Origin: Tolypothrix carrinoi HA7290-LM1
Lineage (GTDB): Bacteria > Cyanobacteriota > Cyanobacteriia > Cyanobacteriales > Nostocaceae
Reading direction: 5' to 3'
Length of the DNA: 64,000 bases
Assembly (NCBI GenBank): GCA_019358935.1
Contig: JAHHIK010000008.1
Location: 32,001 to 96,000 of the forward strand
Shown here: in pieces, positions 20,306 through 29,139 of the stretch
Position numbering within the stretch: the first letter of the stretch is position 1
Layout of the letters: each line of letters starts with the position of its first letter
Made by a program: the position numbers and the translations under genes
The notes under the pieces: generated by a model
The model's database searches: none
What the model saw: only the letters and a program-made list of their open reading frames with translations
Told to the model about the DNA's origin: nothing

Positions 20306-21283
20306 TTATTCTTGAGATGCAATACTTGACAAAAGTTGTTCAAAATCTGCAACTGAAGGAATAGCGATCGCTCTTTTGAGAAGCATTTTTAACACGGCAG
20401 ATTCCTCAATTTGATTAACAACTTCCACAATCGAACTTGGCACGAGTCCAAACCGTGTCTCTAAAACTTCAATCAAATTTTCTCGACTTGTTTGCAGAAT
20501 ACCTTGTTCAATTCCCTCTTCAATTCCTTCTGCTTTTGCTAGCCTTTCAATACTTGTTACGTACCGCATTCTATTTACCTCTTCGTAACTTCTCAATTCT
20601 GTTTTAAAATTATTTGCCAGTTCTTCTGGAAGTACCATCACCCAGTCAATAAACCGAAATAATCCCAAAATGTATTCTCGGTCATATCCCCTTTCAAACA
20701 AGCTTCTGACTAAGCTTAATTTCCACTGTAGCCTGAAGAGCGGATTTCGGTTTGTCGCCTTAGTTCTCAGATGTGCCATGACGACTATACTAAAGGGATT
20801 AGTACTTTGTTCCAGGCTTTCCCAGTCAGCTTCATAGTCTAAAAGTTTCGCGATAGGGAACTCTAAGCTGACACGACATCCCCCAAGTTGATAGTTATAA
20901 CTTGAAGGTCGCCAACTCGCTGATTCATCCGCTAAAACCGCCAAGCTAATAACTTGCTTTTTATGACGGTCAAACAAGCGATAATTATATGTATACATCC
21001 TTTCGGCAAACTTGCTGTCATATTGCCCTTGGACTTCCACATGAATTAATACCCAAGCTTCTTCACCATCAAGTAGCCAAACTTTCGCAACTTTATCAAC
21101 TAAACGCTTGCCAATTTCTGCATCAGGTTCTAACTGTTGCAGTTCAGTATCGAGAAATTCATAGTCTCTTTCCCAATCAATAACAATGTAGGCATCAAGA
21201 AAGAAGTATTCTAAAAAGCGAGGAAAAAAGCTTTCAATAACTTCTTTCCAGGGACTATCATAATCACTAAATTGCTCAGTCAT
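20306..21283 (-). CDS. Rpn-like PD-(D/E)XK nuclease family protein
   Basis: DYDSPWK, VDK...VLIHVEVQ and FAERMYTYNYR motifs; C-terminal MRYVTSIER...EGIEQG. Confidence 0.75.
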   Translation of the reverse strand: MTEQFSDYDSPWKEVIESFFPRFLEYFFLDAYIVIDWERDYEFLDTELQQLEPDAEIGKRLVDKVAKVWLLDGEEAWVLIHVEVQGQYDSKFAERMYTYNYRLFDRHKKQVISLAVLADESASWRPSSYNYQLGGCRVSLEFPIAKLLDYEADWESLEQSTNPFSIVVMAHLRTKATNRNPLFRLQWKLSLVRSLFERGYDREYILGLFRFIDWVMVLPEELANNFKTELRSYEEVNRMRYVTSIERLAKAEGIEEGIEQGILQTSRENLIEVLETRFGLVPSSIVEVVNQIEESAVLKMLLKRAIAIPSVADFEQLLSSIASQE

Positions 21284-21286
21284 GAA

Positions 21287-23014
21287 TTAAAACAAAAAGT
21301 ATCTTTGTGCCATTGGTAAAATCGTCGCCGGTTCGCAAGTCAGCAACTCTCCATCAGCGCGTACTTCATAAGTTTCCGCATCAACTTCAATGTGAGGTAA
21401 CGCATCATTCAACTTCATATCCCGCTTACTCAATTGACGTGTCCCGGAAACTGCAACAATTTGCTTTTGCAAACTCAACTGACTGGGAATTTCTCTTTCT
21501 AACGCTGCTTGCGAAACAAAAGTTAACGATGTGGCGTTCTTAGCACCTGCAAAACTACCAAACATCGGACGCATATGCACAGGTTGCGGTGTGGGAATAC
21601 TCGCATTAGCATCACCCATTTGCGACCAAGCAATCATTCCCCCTTTAACTACTATCTCTGGCTTCACGCCAAAAAAAGCAGGACGCCACAAACACAAATC
21701 TGCTATTTTACCCTCTTCCACTGAACCGACATACTCAGCAATTCCATGAGTAATTGCCGGATTTATCGTATACTTAGCAACATATCGCTTCGCCCGGAAA
21801 TTATCTGCTCTTTGCCCCTCTCCTTGTAGGAGAGGGGTTGGGGAGAGGTCTCCCCGCTGCACTTTCATTTTATGCCCCGTCTGCCAAGTTCTAATTATCA
21901 CTTCGCCTACCCGTCCCATCGCCTGAGAATCCGAAGAAATCATACTAAACGCGCCCAAGTCGTGTAAAATATCTTCGGCGGCGATCGTTTCCCGACGAAT
22001 GCGCGACTCAGCAAAAGCGACATCCTCGGCGATCGCTGGATCGAGATGATGACATACCATCAACATATCCAGATGCTCATCCAAAGTATTCACCGTGTAA
22101 GGGCGTGTCGGATTGGTAGAAGATGGTAACACGCACGGCGTACCGCAAACTTTGATAATATCTGGTGCGTGTCCTCCGCCTGCGCCTTCAGTATGGTATG
22201 TGTGGATAACGCGATTTTTGAAAGCAGCGATCGTATCTTCTACAAAGCCGGCTTCATTCAAGGTGTCAGTATGAATTGCCACTTGTACATCATACTCATC
22301 CGCAACGCTTAAACAAGTATCAATTGTTGCTGGCGTAGTTCCCCAATCTTCGTGTAACTTTAAGCCGATCGCACCCGCGTTAACTTGTTCTACAAGTCCT
22401 TGAGGTTGGCTAGTGTTGCCTTTGCCCAAAAATCCCAAATTGACGGGGAAAGCATCAGCAGCTTGCAGCATTCGGTAAATATTCCAGGGTCCAGGCGTGC
22501 AAGTTGTGGCATTTGTACCTGTAGCAGGACCCGTACCACCGCCAATCATCGTAGTAATACCAGAAGCGATCGCCACTTCAATTTGTTGCGGACAAATAAA
22601 ATGAATGTGGGTATCAATACCCCCAGCGGTGAGAATCATTCCTTCCCCCGCTAAAGCTTCAGTTCCAGGACCGATAATAATATCTACATTGTCTTGAATA
22701 TAAGGATTTCCAGCTTTCCCGATTTTGAAAATTTTGCCATCTTTAATGCCAATATCTGCTTTGACAATCCCCCACCAATCGAGAATTAAAGCATTTGTAA
22801 TCACTAAATCAACCGCACCATCAGCATTAGAAATCGGAGATTGTCCCATCCCATCTCTAATAACTTTACCACCACCGAATTTGACTTCATCGCCGTAAGT
22901 TGTGAAATCTTGTTCAACTTCAATAAATAATTCTGTATCAGCAAGTCGGACTTTATCTCCGACAGTGGGACCGAAAGTTTCTGCGTAAGCGCGACGAGAC
23001 ATTCTGTAAGGCAT
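21287..23014 (-). CDS. ureC: Urease alpha subunit
   Basis: [30 protein letters not shown] and SSDSQAMGR motifs. Confidence 0.98.
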   Translation of the reverse strand: MPYRMSRRAYAETFGPTVGDKVRLADTELFIEVEQDFTTYGDEVKFGGGKVIRDGMGQSPISNADGAVDLVITNALILDWWGIVKADIGIKDGKIFKIGKAGNPYIQDNVDIIIGPGTEALAGEGMILTAGGIDTHIHFICPQQIEVAIASGITTMIGGGTGPATGTNATTCTPGPWNIYRMLQAADAFPVNLGFLGKGNTSQPQGLVEQVNAGAIGLKLHEDWGTTPATIDTCLSVADEYDVQVAIHTDTLNEAGFVEDTIAAFKNRVIHTYHTEGAGGGHAPDIIKVCGTPCVLPSSTNPTRPYTVNTLDEHLDMLMVCHHLDPAIAEDVAFAESRIRRETIAAEDILHDLGAFSMISSDSQAMGRVGEVIIRTWQTGHKMKVQRGDLSPTPLLQGEGQRADNFRAKRYVAKYTINPAITHGIAEYVGSVEEGKIADLCLWRPAFFGVKPEIVVKGGMIAWSQMGDANASIPTPQPVHMRPMFGSFAGAKNATSLTFVSQAALEREIPSQLSLQKQIVAVSGTRQLSKRDMKLNDALPHIEVDAETYEVRADGELLTCEPATILPMAQRYFLF

Positions 23015-23047
23015 AATGCACTTTTAGTAATGGAGGTTAAAATCGAG

Positions 23048-23517
23048 TTTAAACGCAAAGTGACGCAAAGGTAAGCGCAAAGGGTTCGCTGAGGATGGAT
23101 GAGAATGATTTGAGTGGGGTGATAATTGGCTGTGGGATGCGAGTGCATACAGCGTTGGGACCGGGTTTGTTAGAGTCAGCTTATGAGGAGTGTTTGTATT
23201 ACGAGTTGACAAAGAAGGGATTAAATGTTGGTAAGCAAGTTCCATTACCCCTTGTTTACGAAGAGGTGCAATTAGATTGTGTTTATCGATTAGATTTAAT
23301 AGTCGAAAATAAAGTAATTATTGAAGTCAAATCTGTAGAATCTATTAAACCAATTCACTCAGTACAACTTTTAACTTATCTCAAACTCACCGATTGCAAA
23401 CTCGGTCTTATTCTCAACTTTAACGTCCTCCACCTCAAAGAAGGCATTAAACGTGTGGCAAATAAACTCTAACTCCGCGCACCTTTGCGCTTCCCTCAGC
23501 GTCCCTCTGCGTTAAAA
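23048..23517 (+). mobile_element. Putative GxxExxY cassette: gene bracketed by inverted 45-46 bp arms
   Basis: Left arm 23048-23093 ends 1 nt before the ATG; right arm 23473-23517 begins directly after the TAA. Confidence 0.55.
23095..23472 (+). CDS. GxxExxY family protein (PD-(D/E)XK-like nuclease)
   Basis: LGPGLLESAYEECL, YRLDLIV, IIEVKS and QLLTYLKL...GLILNF motifs. Confidence 0.92.
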   Translation: MDENDLSGVIIGCGMRVHTALGPGLLESAYEECLYYELTKKGLNVGKQVPLPLVYEEVQLDCVYRLDLIVENKVIIEVKSVESIKPIHSVQLLTYLKLTDCKLGLILNFNVLHLKEGIKRVANKL

Positions 23518-23616
23518 AATAAATATACCGTAAATTTAGTGATGTCTGAACAAGAGAGTAAGAGTTATCTTGTACTCAGAATACTGTAATAAAAAGTTAA
23601 AAAAGAGCAGTAAAAC

Positions 23617-23814
23617 TTGGCTAATAAGTACAAAGTCACTATGCGTATAACAGGTTCAGATTACAAAGAAATACGCGGCTTTTTTGGGGGAGTTACAATA
23701 ACAGGCACAACGGCAGAAATCACCGTGGAAGCCGACGATCCAGAAACAGCTAAATCTACTGTAAGTAAACTACTCGGTCATCGTTTCCCTCTTTTAGGGG
23801 CTACAAAACTGTAA
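23617..23814 (+). CDS. Small hypothetical protein
   Basis: 65 aa, TTG start after aagag; globular-looking sequence. Confidence 0.5.
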   Translation: MANKYKVTMRITGSDYKEIRGFFGGVTITGTTAEITVEADDPETAKSTVSKLLGHRFPLLGATKL

Positions 23815-23990
23815 TTCAGTTTGTATATCGACTTAACGAAAACAAACCTGATATAAAAATTTACGCAAAAATGTAAAGGCGCTGAGAATCACTCTGCCTC
23901 TTTAAACTTTTGCGTGAAATTTCATATTTAAAATCAGCCAGTTTCCTAGTGACTGTATTGGAGTTTGAAATTAAACCTATTCAATAACCT

Positions 23991-24038
23991 TTTTTAAACG
24001 CACTCGTGACGCTGAGGGAAGCGCAGAGGTACGCAAAG
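23991..24038 (+). repeat. Solo copy of the GxxExxY-flanking arm next to the ureB stop
   Basis: AA-CGCACTCG-TGA-CGCTGAG-GGAAG-CGCAGAG-GTA-CGCAAAG. Confidence 0.75.
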
Positions 24039-24043
24039 GGTTT

Positions 24044-24349
24044 TTAGAGGTTGCCATTAATTCTGGCGTTGAAACCGTAAACTTGTCGGCTACCAGCAAG
24101 AGGAATTAAAGTAACTTCTTTCTCATCTCCTGGTTCAAACCTCACAGCAGTTCCCGCAGGGATATCAAGACGCATTCCCCTTGCTTTTTCCCTATCAAAA
24201 TTTAAAGCCGCGTTAACTTCAAAAAAGTGAAAATGCGAACCAACTTGAATTGGTCTATCTCCTGTATTTGCCACCAGCAATCTTACAGTAGAACACCCCG
24301 CATTTAATTCAATTTCCCCATCAGACGTAATAATTTCTCCAGGTATCAT
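24044..24349 (-). CDS. ureB: Urease beta subunit
   Basis: [17 protein letters not shown] and GTAVRFEPG motifs. Confidence 0.98.
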   Translation of the reverse strand: MIPGEIITSDGEIELNAGCSTVRLLVANTGDRPIQVGSHFHFFEVNAALNFDREKARGMRLDIPAGTAVRFEPGDEKEVTLIPLAGSRQVYGFNARINGNL

Positions 24350-24362
24350 AAGTAATTAAAAA

Positions 24363-24510
24363 TGGATAGTTGATAGTTGATAGTTGATAGTTGATAGTGG
24401 TTAGTGGTTAGTCGATAGTCGATAGTCGATAGTAGTTCATAAAGCAACCAACAACTAGCAATTAACAACTAGCGACTAACAACTAACAACCAACAACCAA
24501 CTACTAACAA
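24363..24510. repeat. STRR inverted heptamer arrays between ureA and ureB
   Basis: (GATAGTT)n followed by (AACAACT/AACAACC)n. Confidence 0.85.
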
Positions 24511-24511
24511 A

Positions 24512-24814
24512 TTATCTAATCGGATTATGCACAGTTACCAACTTAGTTCCATCAGGAAAAGTTGCTTCTACTTGCACCTCATGCACCATTTCCGGCACAC
24601 CTTCCATCACCTCATCTCTTGTTAACAGAGTTGTACCATAACTCATTAAATCTGCAACAGTTTGTCCATCTCTCGCACCCTCCAAAATAGCAGCAGAAAT
24701 ATAGGCGATCGCCTCCGGATAATTCAACTTCAAACCTCTATTTTTACGCCTTTCTGCTAACAACGCAGCCGTAAAAATCAACAGCTTATCCTTCTCCTGC
24801 GGCGTAAGTTGCAT
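24512..24814 (-). CDS. ureA: Urease gamma subunit
   Basis: [11 protein letters not shown] and [18 protein letters not shown] motifs. Confidence 0.98.
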   Translation of the reverse strand: MQLTPQEKDKLLIFTAALLAERRKNRGLKLNYPEAIAYISAAILEGARDGQTVADLMSYGTTLLTRDEVMEGVPEMVHEVQVEATFPDGTKLVTVHNPIR

Positions 24815-24862
24815 CTTTCTCTCTTCCCTTTTCTCTGTGTCCTCTGCGCCTCTGCGGTTCGT

Positions 24863-25732
24863 TTAAATCTGCCAAACCCTCGGTACACAATTACCACGAC
24901 TTAAAAAAGACATCCGCAGCAACTGCCAAACATCAATAAACCAGTTTCTCACCTCAGATGTCAAACAACCACGATATCGACACAAAAATCCATTTTCCAA
25001 ACGAGTAACCCCAGCTAAAGAGTGAGGAGTTAGGAGTGAGGAGTTAGGAGTGAACAAAGAACGTGCTTTTTCCACAATTTCCTTTGAAACTGGTTGTCCC
25101 ACCCAAACTAGACTACCTGTAATTGGTTGCCCAGCCAAGCCGTGAGGACTATGAAAAACTTCTTCGCTACCCGGTAGCCATTGTCTATCAATCCACAACG
25201 GTTTGCCTTGCTGCCAAATTTCCGTATGACTGCGCCATTCTCCTTCTACAAACTTCTCACCTCTAGCACTGCGACCAAATCGAGTAATTTCCCAGCCTAA
25301 ATAACTAGCTTTCGTAGCTAATTCTACCCGTAAATCTTGCCGATAAATTGCCCCGTTAAAAACAATAGTTTCTTGGGGAAACCATTCCAAACAAGCGCCA
25401 GCATCAACTTGTATATTAATGCTTTGTTTTGCTTGAGTACCGTTACTGCGATAAATTTTACTAGCAGCGGCTGTAGTAATTAATGCTTGGGTGTTCGGTT
25501 GAAGGTGGAAATTAAGAGAAAGGCGATCGCCTCCCACAACGCCCCCAGCCGTATGTAAAATGACGCTATGACAAACTTGCTGTCCTTCTGGGTAAAACGG
25601 GCGCTGTACCTTCAGTGGGGCTTGATGCGAGTTGGAAATTAGGGCAGTTGTCCCCAGGCGATCGGCATACACTAAATTAAGTTTGCCATGCCAGCCATTT
25701 TCTGATGCTGTTTGATAGTTACATTGATTCAC
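24863..25732 (-). CDS. ureD: Urease accessory protein UreD
   Basis: PLKVQRPFYPEG, HTAGGVVGGD and PQETIVF motifs; C-terminal PRVW. Confidence 0.95.
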   Translation of the reverse strand: MNQCNYQTASENGWHGKLNLVYADRLGTTALISNSHQAPLKVQRPFYPEGQQVCHSVILHTAGGVVGGDRLSLNFHLQPNTQALITTAAASKIYRSNGTQAKQSINIQVDAGACLEWFPQETIVFNGAIYRQDLRVELATKASYLGWEITRFGRSARGEKFVEGEWRSHTEIWQQGKPLWIDRQWLPGSEEVFHSPHGLAGQPITGSLVWVGQPVSKEIVEKARSLFTPNSSLLTPHSLAGVTRLENGFLCRYRGCLTSEVRNWFIDVWQLLRMSFLSRGNCVPRVWQI

Positions 25733-25751
25733 AAATTTTCATAAATTAATA

Positions 25752-27074
25752 TTAATATTTTTTCGCCAATATTACATAATCATCTAAAGAATAGTGCTGT
25801 TCATACTTATGACCAAGATACTTTTGAATCATCGAACTCATATACAGTTGCTTGGGTAACTTAGCTAGTGCAAATTTTCCAAACTCAACAGCCGAATAAG
25901 GTGTTCTTGAGCCTGTCGATGTAAGATACTTATACCACACAAGTTCTAACCCAAGTTCTGCCAAGAATTTATTTACCACCTTTTTTTCCTGTTCTTGGTC
26001 TTCTACTTGATAAGCATCATAAGCTTTAAATAGCTTCTTGTCTTGGACAACTAGCAGCACATAACCTTGTGGCTTTAATCTAGTAGCAAATATTTGTTTG
26101 TAGATATTATTTGCTTGAAGGCTTTTAACTGGAGTGTTAAAAAAACAATGGGAAACAGTTATAAAGTCAAAAAAATCTTTTGGGATATTACTAGATTGAG
26201 AATTCCAAGTAAAGATGTCGTCAGTTACAAAGCGAAAGTAAGCATTTACAGGCGTTTTTCGCGATTCTATATATCGTCGCCAAAATTGTAACCCTCGAAA
26301 TTGAAAAGCATCTTGTTTTTCTAAAGAATAGTAAGATATATGCATTTGCTGAATATCGAAAAAGCCGCTAGTACTTTGTAAAAATAAAGCTAAACCATAA
26401 GCAACTGTTCCCGGACCTGCGGCAATATCAAGTATGTTAATCTTATTTGGTAGTAAACCAGCTTTGTAAATCAAAAACCAAGCTAAGTAAATGCAGTAGA
26501 CATTTTCTAAAAAATACTTCATAAAGTAGACATGGGGAGTCAGACTAAAACGGTAATCTGGATCTTGTCCACTTTTTAAGCTATTAATATCTTCCAGAGC
26601 ATCTTCTATTTTAATTTTTAACTTGTTATCAGGTATTCTACTAAATTCTTCTTTGATATATTCAACTAATCTCGCTTCAAAGTCATCAAATATACGCTCA
26701 TCCAGACTAGTAGATTGTAGCTTGTTGACATCATGTTCTATTAGCTTAAATGCTTTGGAGACAAAATTGATAAATTCTGCTTCTGGCTTGAATAGAAAAC
26801 TATCTTGCTTTTCAAAAGCTACTTCAGTATTTAAATTTTCTAGTTTTTGTAGTGCTTCAGTTAATTTAAAACTTAAATTGGCTACCTCTCTTTTGTCTTG
26901 CTGCGAATAACTTTCTAACTGAAGCTTATCTCTAAATAGCTTCTCTAACCAGGAAAATTTTGCTCCTGATTTTTTAATTTCTTGCAACAATTTTCTTGCA
27001 ACTTGCGTATTGCCACGCTTCAGCGCAGATTTAAATTGCTGACTTCGCCACCAATTTGCTATAGCATTACTCAT
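25752..27074 (-). CDS. Uncharacterised protein with C-terminal class I methyltransferase-like fold
   Basis: ILDIAAGPGT (SAM motif I-like), FDFITVSHCF and LKPQGYVLLV; ATG overlaps the upstream stop. Confidence 0.65.
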   Translation of the reverse strand: MSNAIANWWRSQQFKSALKRGNTQVARKLLQEIKKSGAKFSWLEKLFRDKLQLESYSQQDKREVANLSFKLTEALQKLENLNTEVAFEKQDSFLFKPEAEFINFVSKAFKLIEHDVNKLQSTSLDERIFDDFEARLVEYIKEEFSRIPDNKLKIKIEDALEDINSLKSGQDPDYRFSLTPHVYFMKYFLENVYCIYLAWFLIYKAGLLPNKINILDIAAGPGTVAYGLALFLQSTSGFFDIQQMHISYYSLEKQDAFQFRGLQFWRRYIESRKTPVNAYFRFVTDDIFTWNSQSSNIPKDFFDFITVSHCFFNTPVKSLQANNIYKQIFATRLKPQGYVLLVVQDKKLFKAYDAYQVEDQEQEKKVVNKFLAELGLELVWYKYLTSTGSRTPYSAVEFGKFALAKLPKQLYMSSMIQKYLGHKYEQHYSLDDYVILAKKY

Positions 27075-27987
27075 AACCAAAGCCGTCTTTTCCTTCTTTG
27101 ATTTCCACGTCAGGAAGACGAGAAATCAAATTTTCCTTAAACTTTATATAATTTACTTGTTCTAAGTCATACCACCAAGCGTATTTTTGCTTAATACCTT
27201 GTGCTTCTTCGCGGGTTCCTGCCACAAGCGAACGATTATGGCTTGCGTGAAATTCCTGAATGACAATTCTATCTGCGATCGCTAATTTCTCAATAAAAGC
27301 GGCTTCATCTTCTGGTAAGGTGGGAAGTAGAGGCGTAATGGTGATAGAAACTTTCGGAATAAAACCTTTTAAAGGGTCAATAGTTTGTTTAATTTTGGTA
27401 ATAGCATTTAATCTGGCTTTGATACTAGGCGATCGCGCTTCAAAATCTCTTCTCACAGACTCGCTACCAGTGGGGATACTCATATTAATTCGCAACCGCT
27501 GAAATCGTTGTAAAATATCGATATCTCTGGTAATAATTGGACTGCGAGTTTGAATCACCAACGTTGGACGATATTCAAGCATTACCTCTAACAAAGAGCG
27601 CGTTAGCTGATGTTTAGACTCAATTGGTTGATAAGGATCTGTAACGCTACTCATATAAATTTTCGGAAATTTGTGAGGGTTTTTCTTATACCAGTTTTCT
27701 AACTCCTTCTCTAAAACTTGTGCAGCATTTTCCTTGATAATTACCCATTTTCCCCAATCTTGCCGCATTTGAGAATTAGGACTAAAAGCCGCAGCATAAC
27801 AATAACTACATCCGTATTGACAACCCCGATAAGGATTTAAAGTAAAATCATAAGCAGCGATAAAACCAGTTGCCGGATTTAGTATAGATTTAGCATTTTG
27901 AGCATAAACTTTGGCATCACCGAAAGTTTCTTTAACTAACTTTGTCGGAGTGCCTTCAGAATATCCTTCATAACGTGCTTTTGCCAT
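27067..27987 (-). CDS. Radical SAM protein, spore photoproduct lyase-like family
   Basis: LNPYRGCQYGCSYCYA and SSVTDPYQPIE motifs; ATG at 27987 preferred. Confidence 0.88.
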   Translation of the reverse strand: MAKARYEGYSEGTPTKLVKETFGDAKVYAQNAKSILNPATGFIAAYDFTLNPYRGCQYGCSYCYAAAFSPNSQMRQDWGKWVIIKENAAQVLEKELENWYKKNPHKFPKIYMSSVTDPYQPIESKHQLTRSLLEVMLEYRPTLVIQTRSPIITRDIDILQRFQRLRINMSIPTGSESVRRDFEARSPSIKARLNAITKIKQTIDPLKGFIPKVSITITPLLPTLPEDEAAFIEKLAIADRIVIQEFHASHNRSLVAGTREEAQGIKQKYAWWYDLEQVNYIKFKENLISRLPDVEIKEGKDGFGYE

Positions 27988-28120
27988 TTTTAAGCTTGAT
28001 ATAAGGTTGAATAAATCATGAATATTTCGCGCAAAGACGCTAAGAAAGAACTTTGCGTCTTTGCTTAAAATATGGTGCGGAGCGCGAAGCGCGTAACGCA
28101 CCCTACTTTATCTTCTATTT

Positions 28121-28906
28121 TTAACTTTCAATTACTGACAAAATATGCACACTAGTGTTATCAACCATGTAAACAAAACCATGCTCATTAACAAAGCGTT
28201 GATATAACTCTTGCAAACTAACAACGAGTTGCTGCTGCATTAGTCCTTTCCGAGGAACGTAAGAATAACTCATAGTACGACCAATTAGCCCAGTTAAATC
28301 TAATTCTTGTCGATGAACAAAAGTATGTTCGGTTATGTTAATAAAATGGAGACTTGCTAATATTGGTTTTATAGATTTAATCCGCTCCTGTACTAGACCA
28401 CTATTCGATGCTGCACGTATTAATTGGTTATATTCACCGGTAAAAGCATCTTCTTGATCGAGGTGATTCCACACTACTGCCAACCGTCCCGATGGTTTCA
28501 AGATGCGGTGGAACTCTGATAAAGTTGGCTCTGGGTTGAACCAATGAAAAGCTTGAAAACTAGTTACTAAATCAACCGATGCATCAGGTAGGTTAGTAAC
28601 TTCTGCTGTTCCATCTCGAAATTCAACTAATGGATGTGGTTCAGCTGCTTCTCTCATTGCTGCATTTGGTTCAACAGCAATGACGCTAACTCCGCGTTTA
28701 CCTAACAACCGCGAGGAAATACCAGTACCCGCACCAATATCTGCGGCTAAAAGTTGCGTCGGTGGTGCTAACCCTTCCAAGATAATATCAATTGCTGCGG
28801 CTGGGTAGCTTGGTCGATAGTTTACATAATCCGCTGCTCTGTCAGAAAATCGGGTTAGTGGATTGAGGGTGTATAGCGGTGTTGTTTCCGGGTTAGTTTG
28901 GCTCAT
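28121..28906 (-). CDS. Class I SAM-dependent methyltransferase
   Basis: YRPSYP, DIGAGTG, VEPN and QAFHWF motifs. Confidence 0.92.
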   Translation of the reverse strand: MSQTNPETTPLYTLNPLTRFSDRAADYVNYRPSYPAAAIDIILEGLAPPTQLLAADIGAGTGISSRLLGKRGVSVIAVEPNAAMREAAEPHPLVEFRDGTAEVTNLPDASVDLVTSFQAFHWFNPEPTLSEFHRILKPSGRLAVVWNHLDQEDAFTGEYNQLIRAASNSGLVQERIKSIKPILASLHFINITEHTFVHRQELDLTGLIGRTMSYSYVPRKGLMQQQLVVSLQELYQRFVNEHGFVYMVDNTSVHILSVIES

Positions 28907-29139
28907 TGGTGTGGAATCGAAAATAATCTTAGTAATCTTATTAAGGTAAGTTAATTACCCATACTAATAAATATTTTCCAGAGTTTTACGGGAATTATAA
29001 AGTTACTTCTCCCGAAAAATACCTGCCACAGATAAATCCAATGCAAAAATGCATAAAAAAACAGGAGAAGTTGAAATAAAACTGGTTCTGTGGCATTTAC
29101 ACAACTGAATTGGTTGTGAAGTAACTTTATACATTCCTT

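Noticed and set aside
27988..28101. N-terminal extension of the radical SAM ORF
   Set aside because: It runs through intergenic hairpin repeats; ATG at 27987 is the more plausible start.
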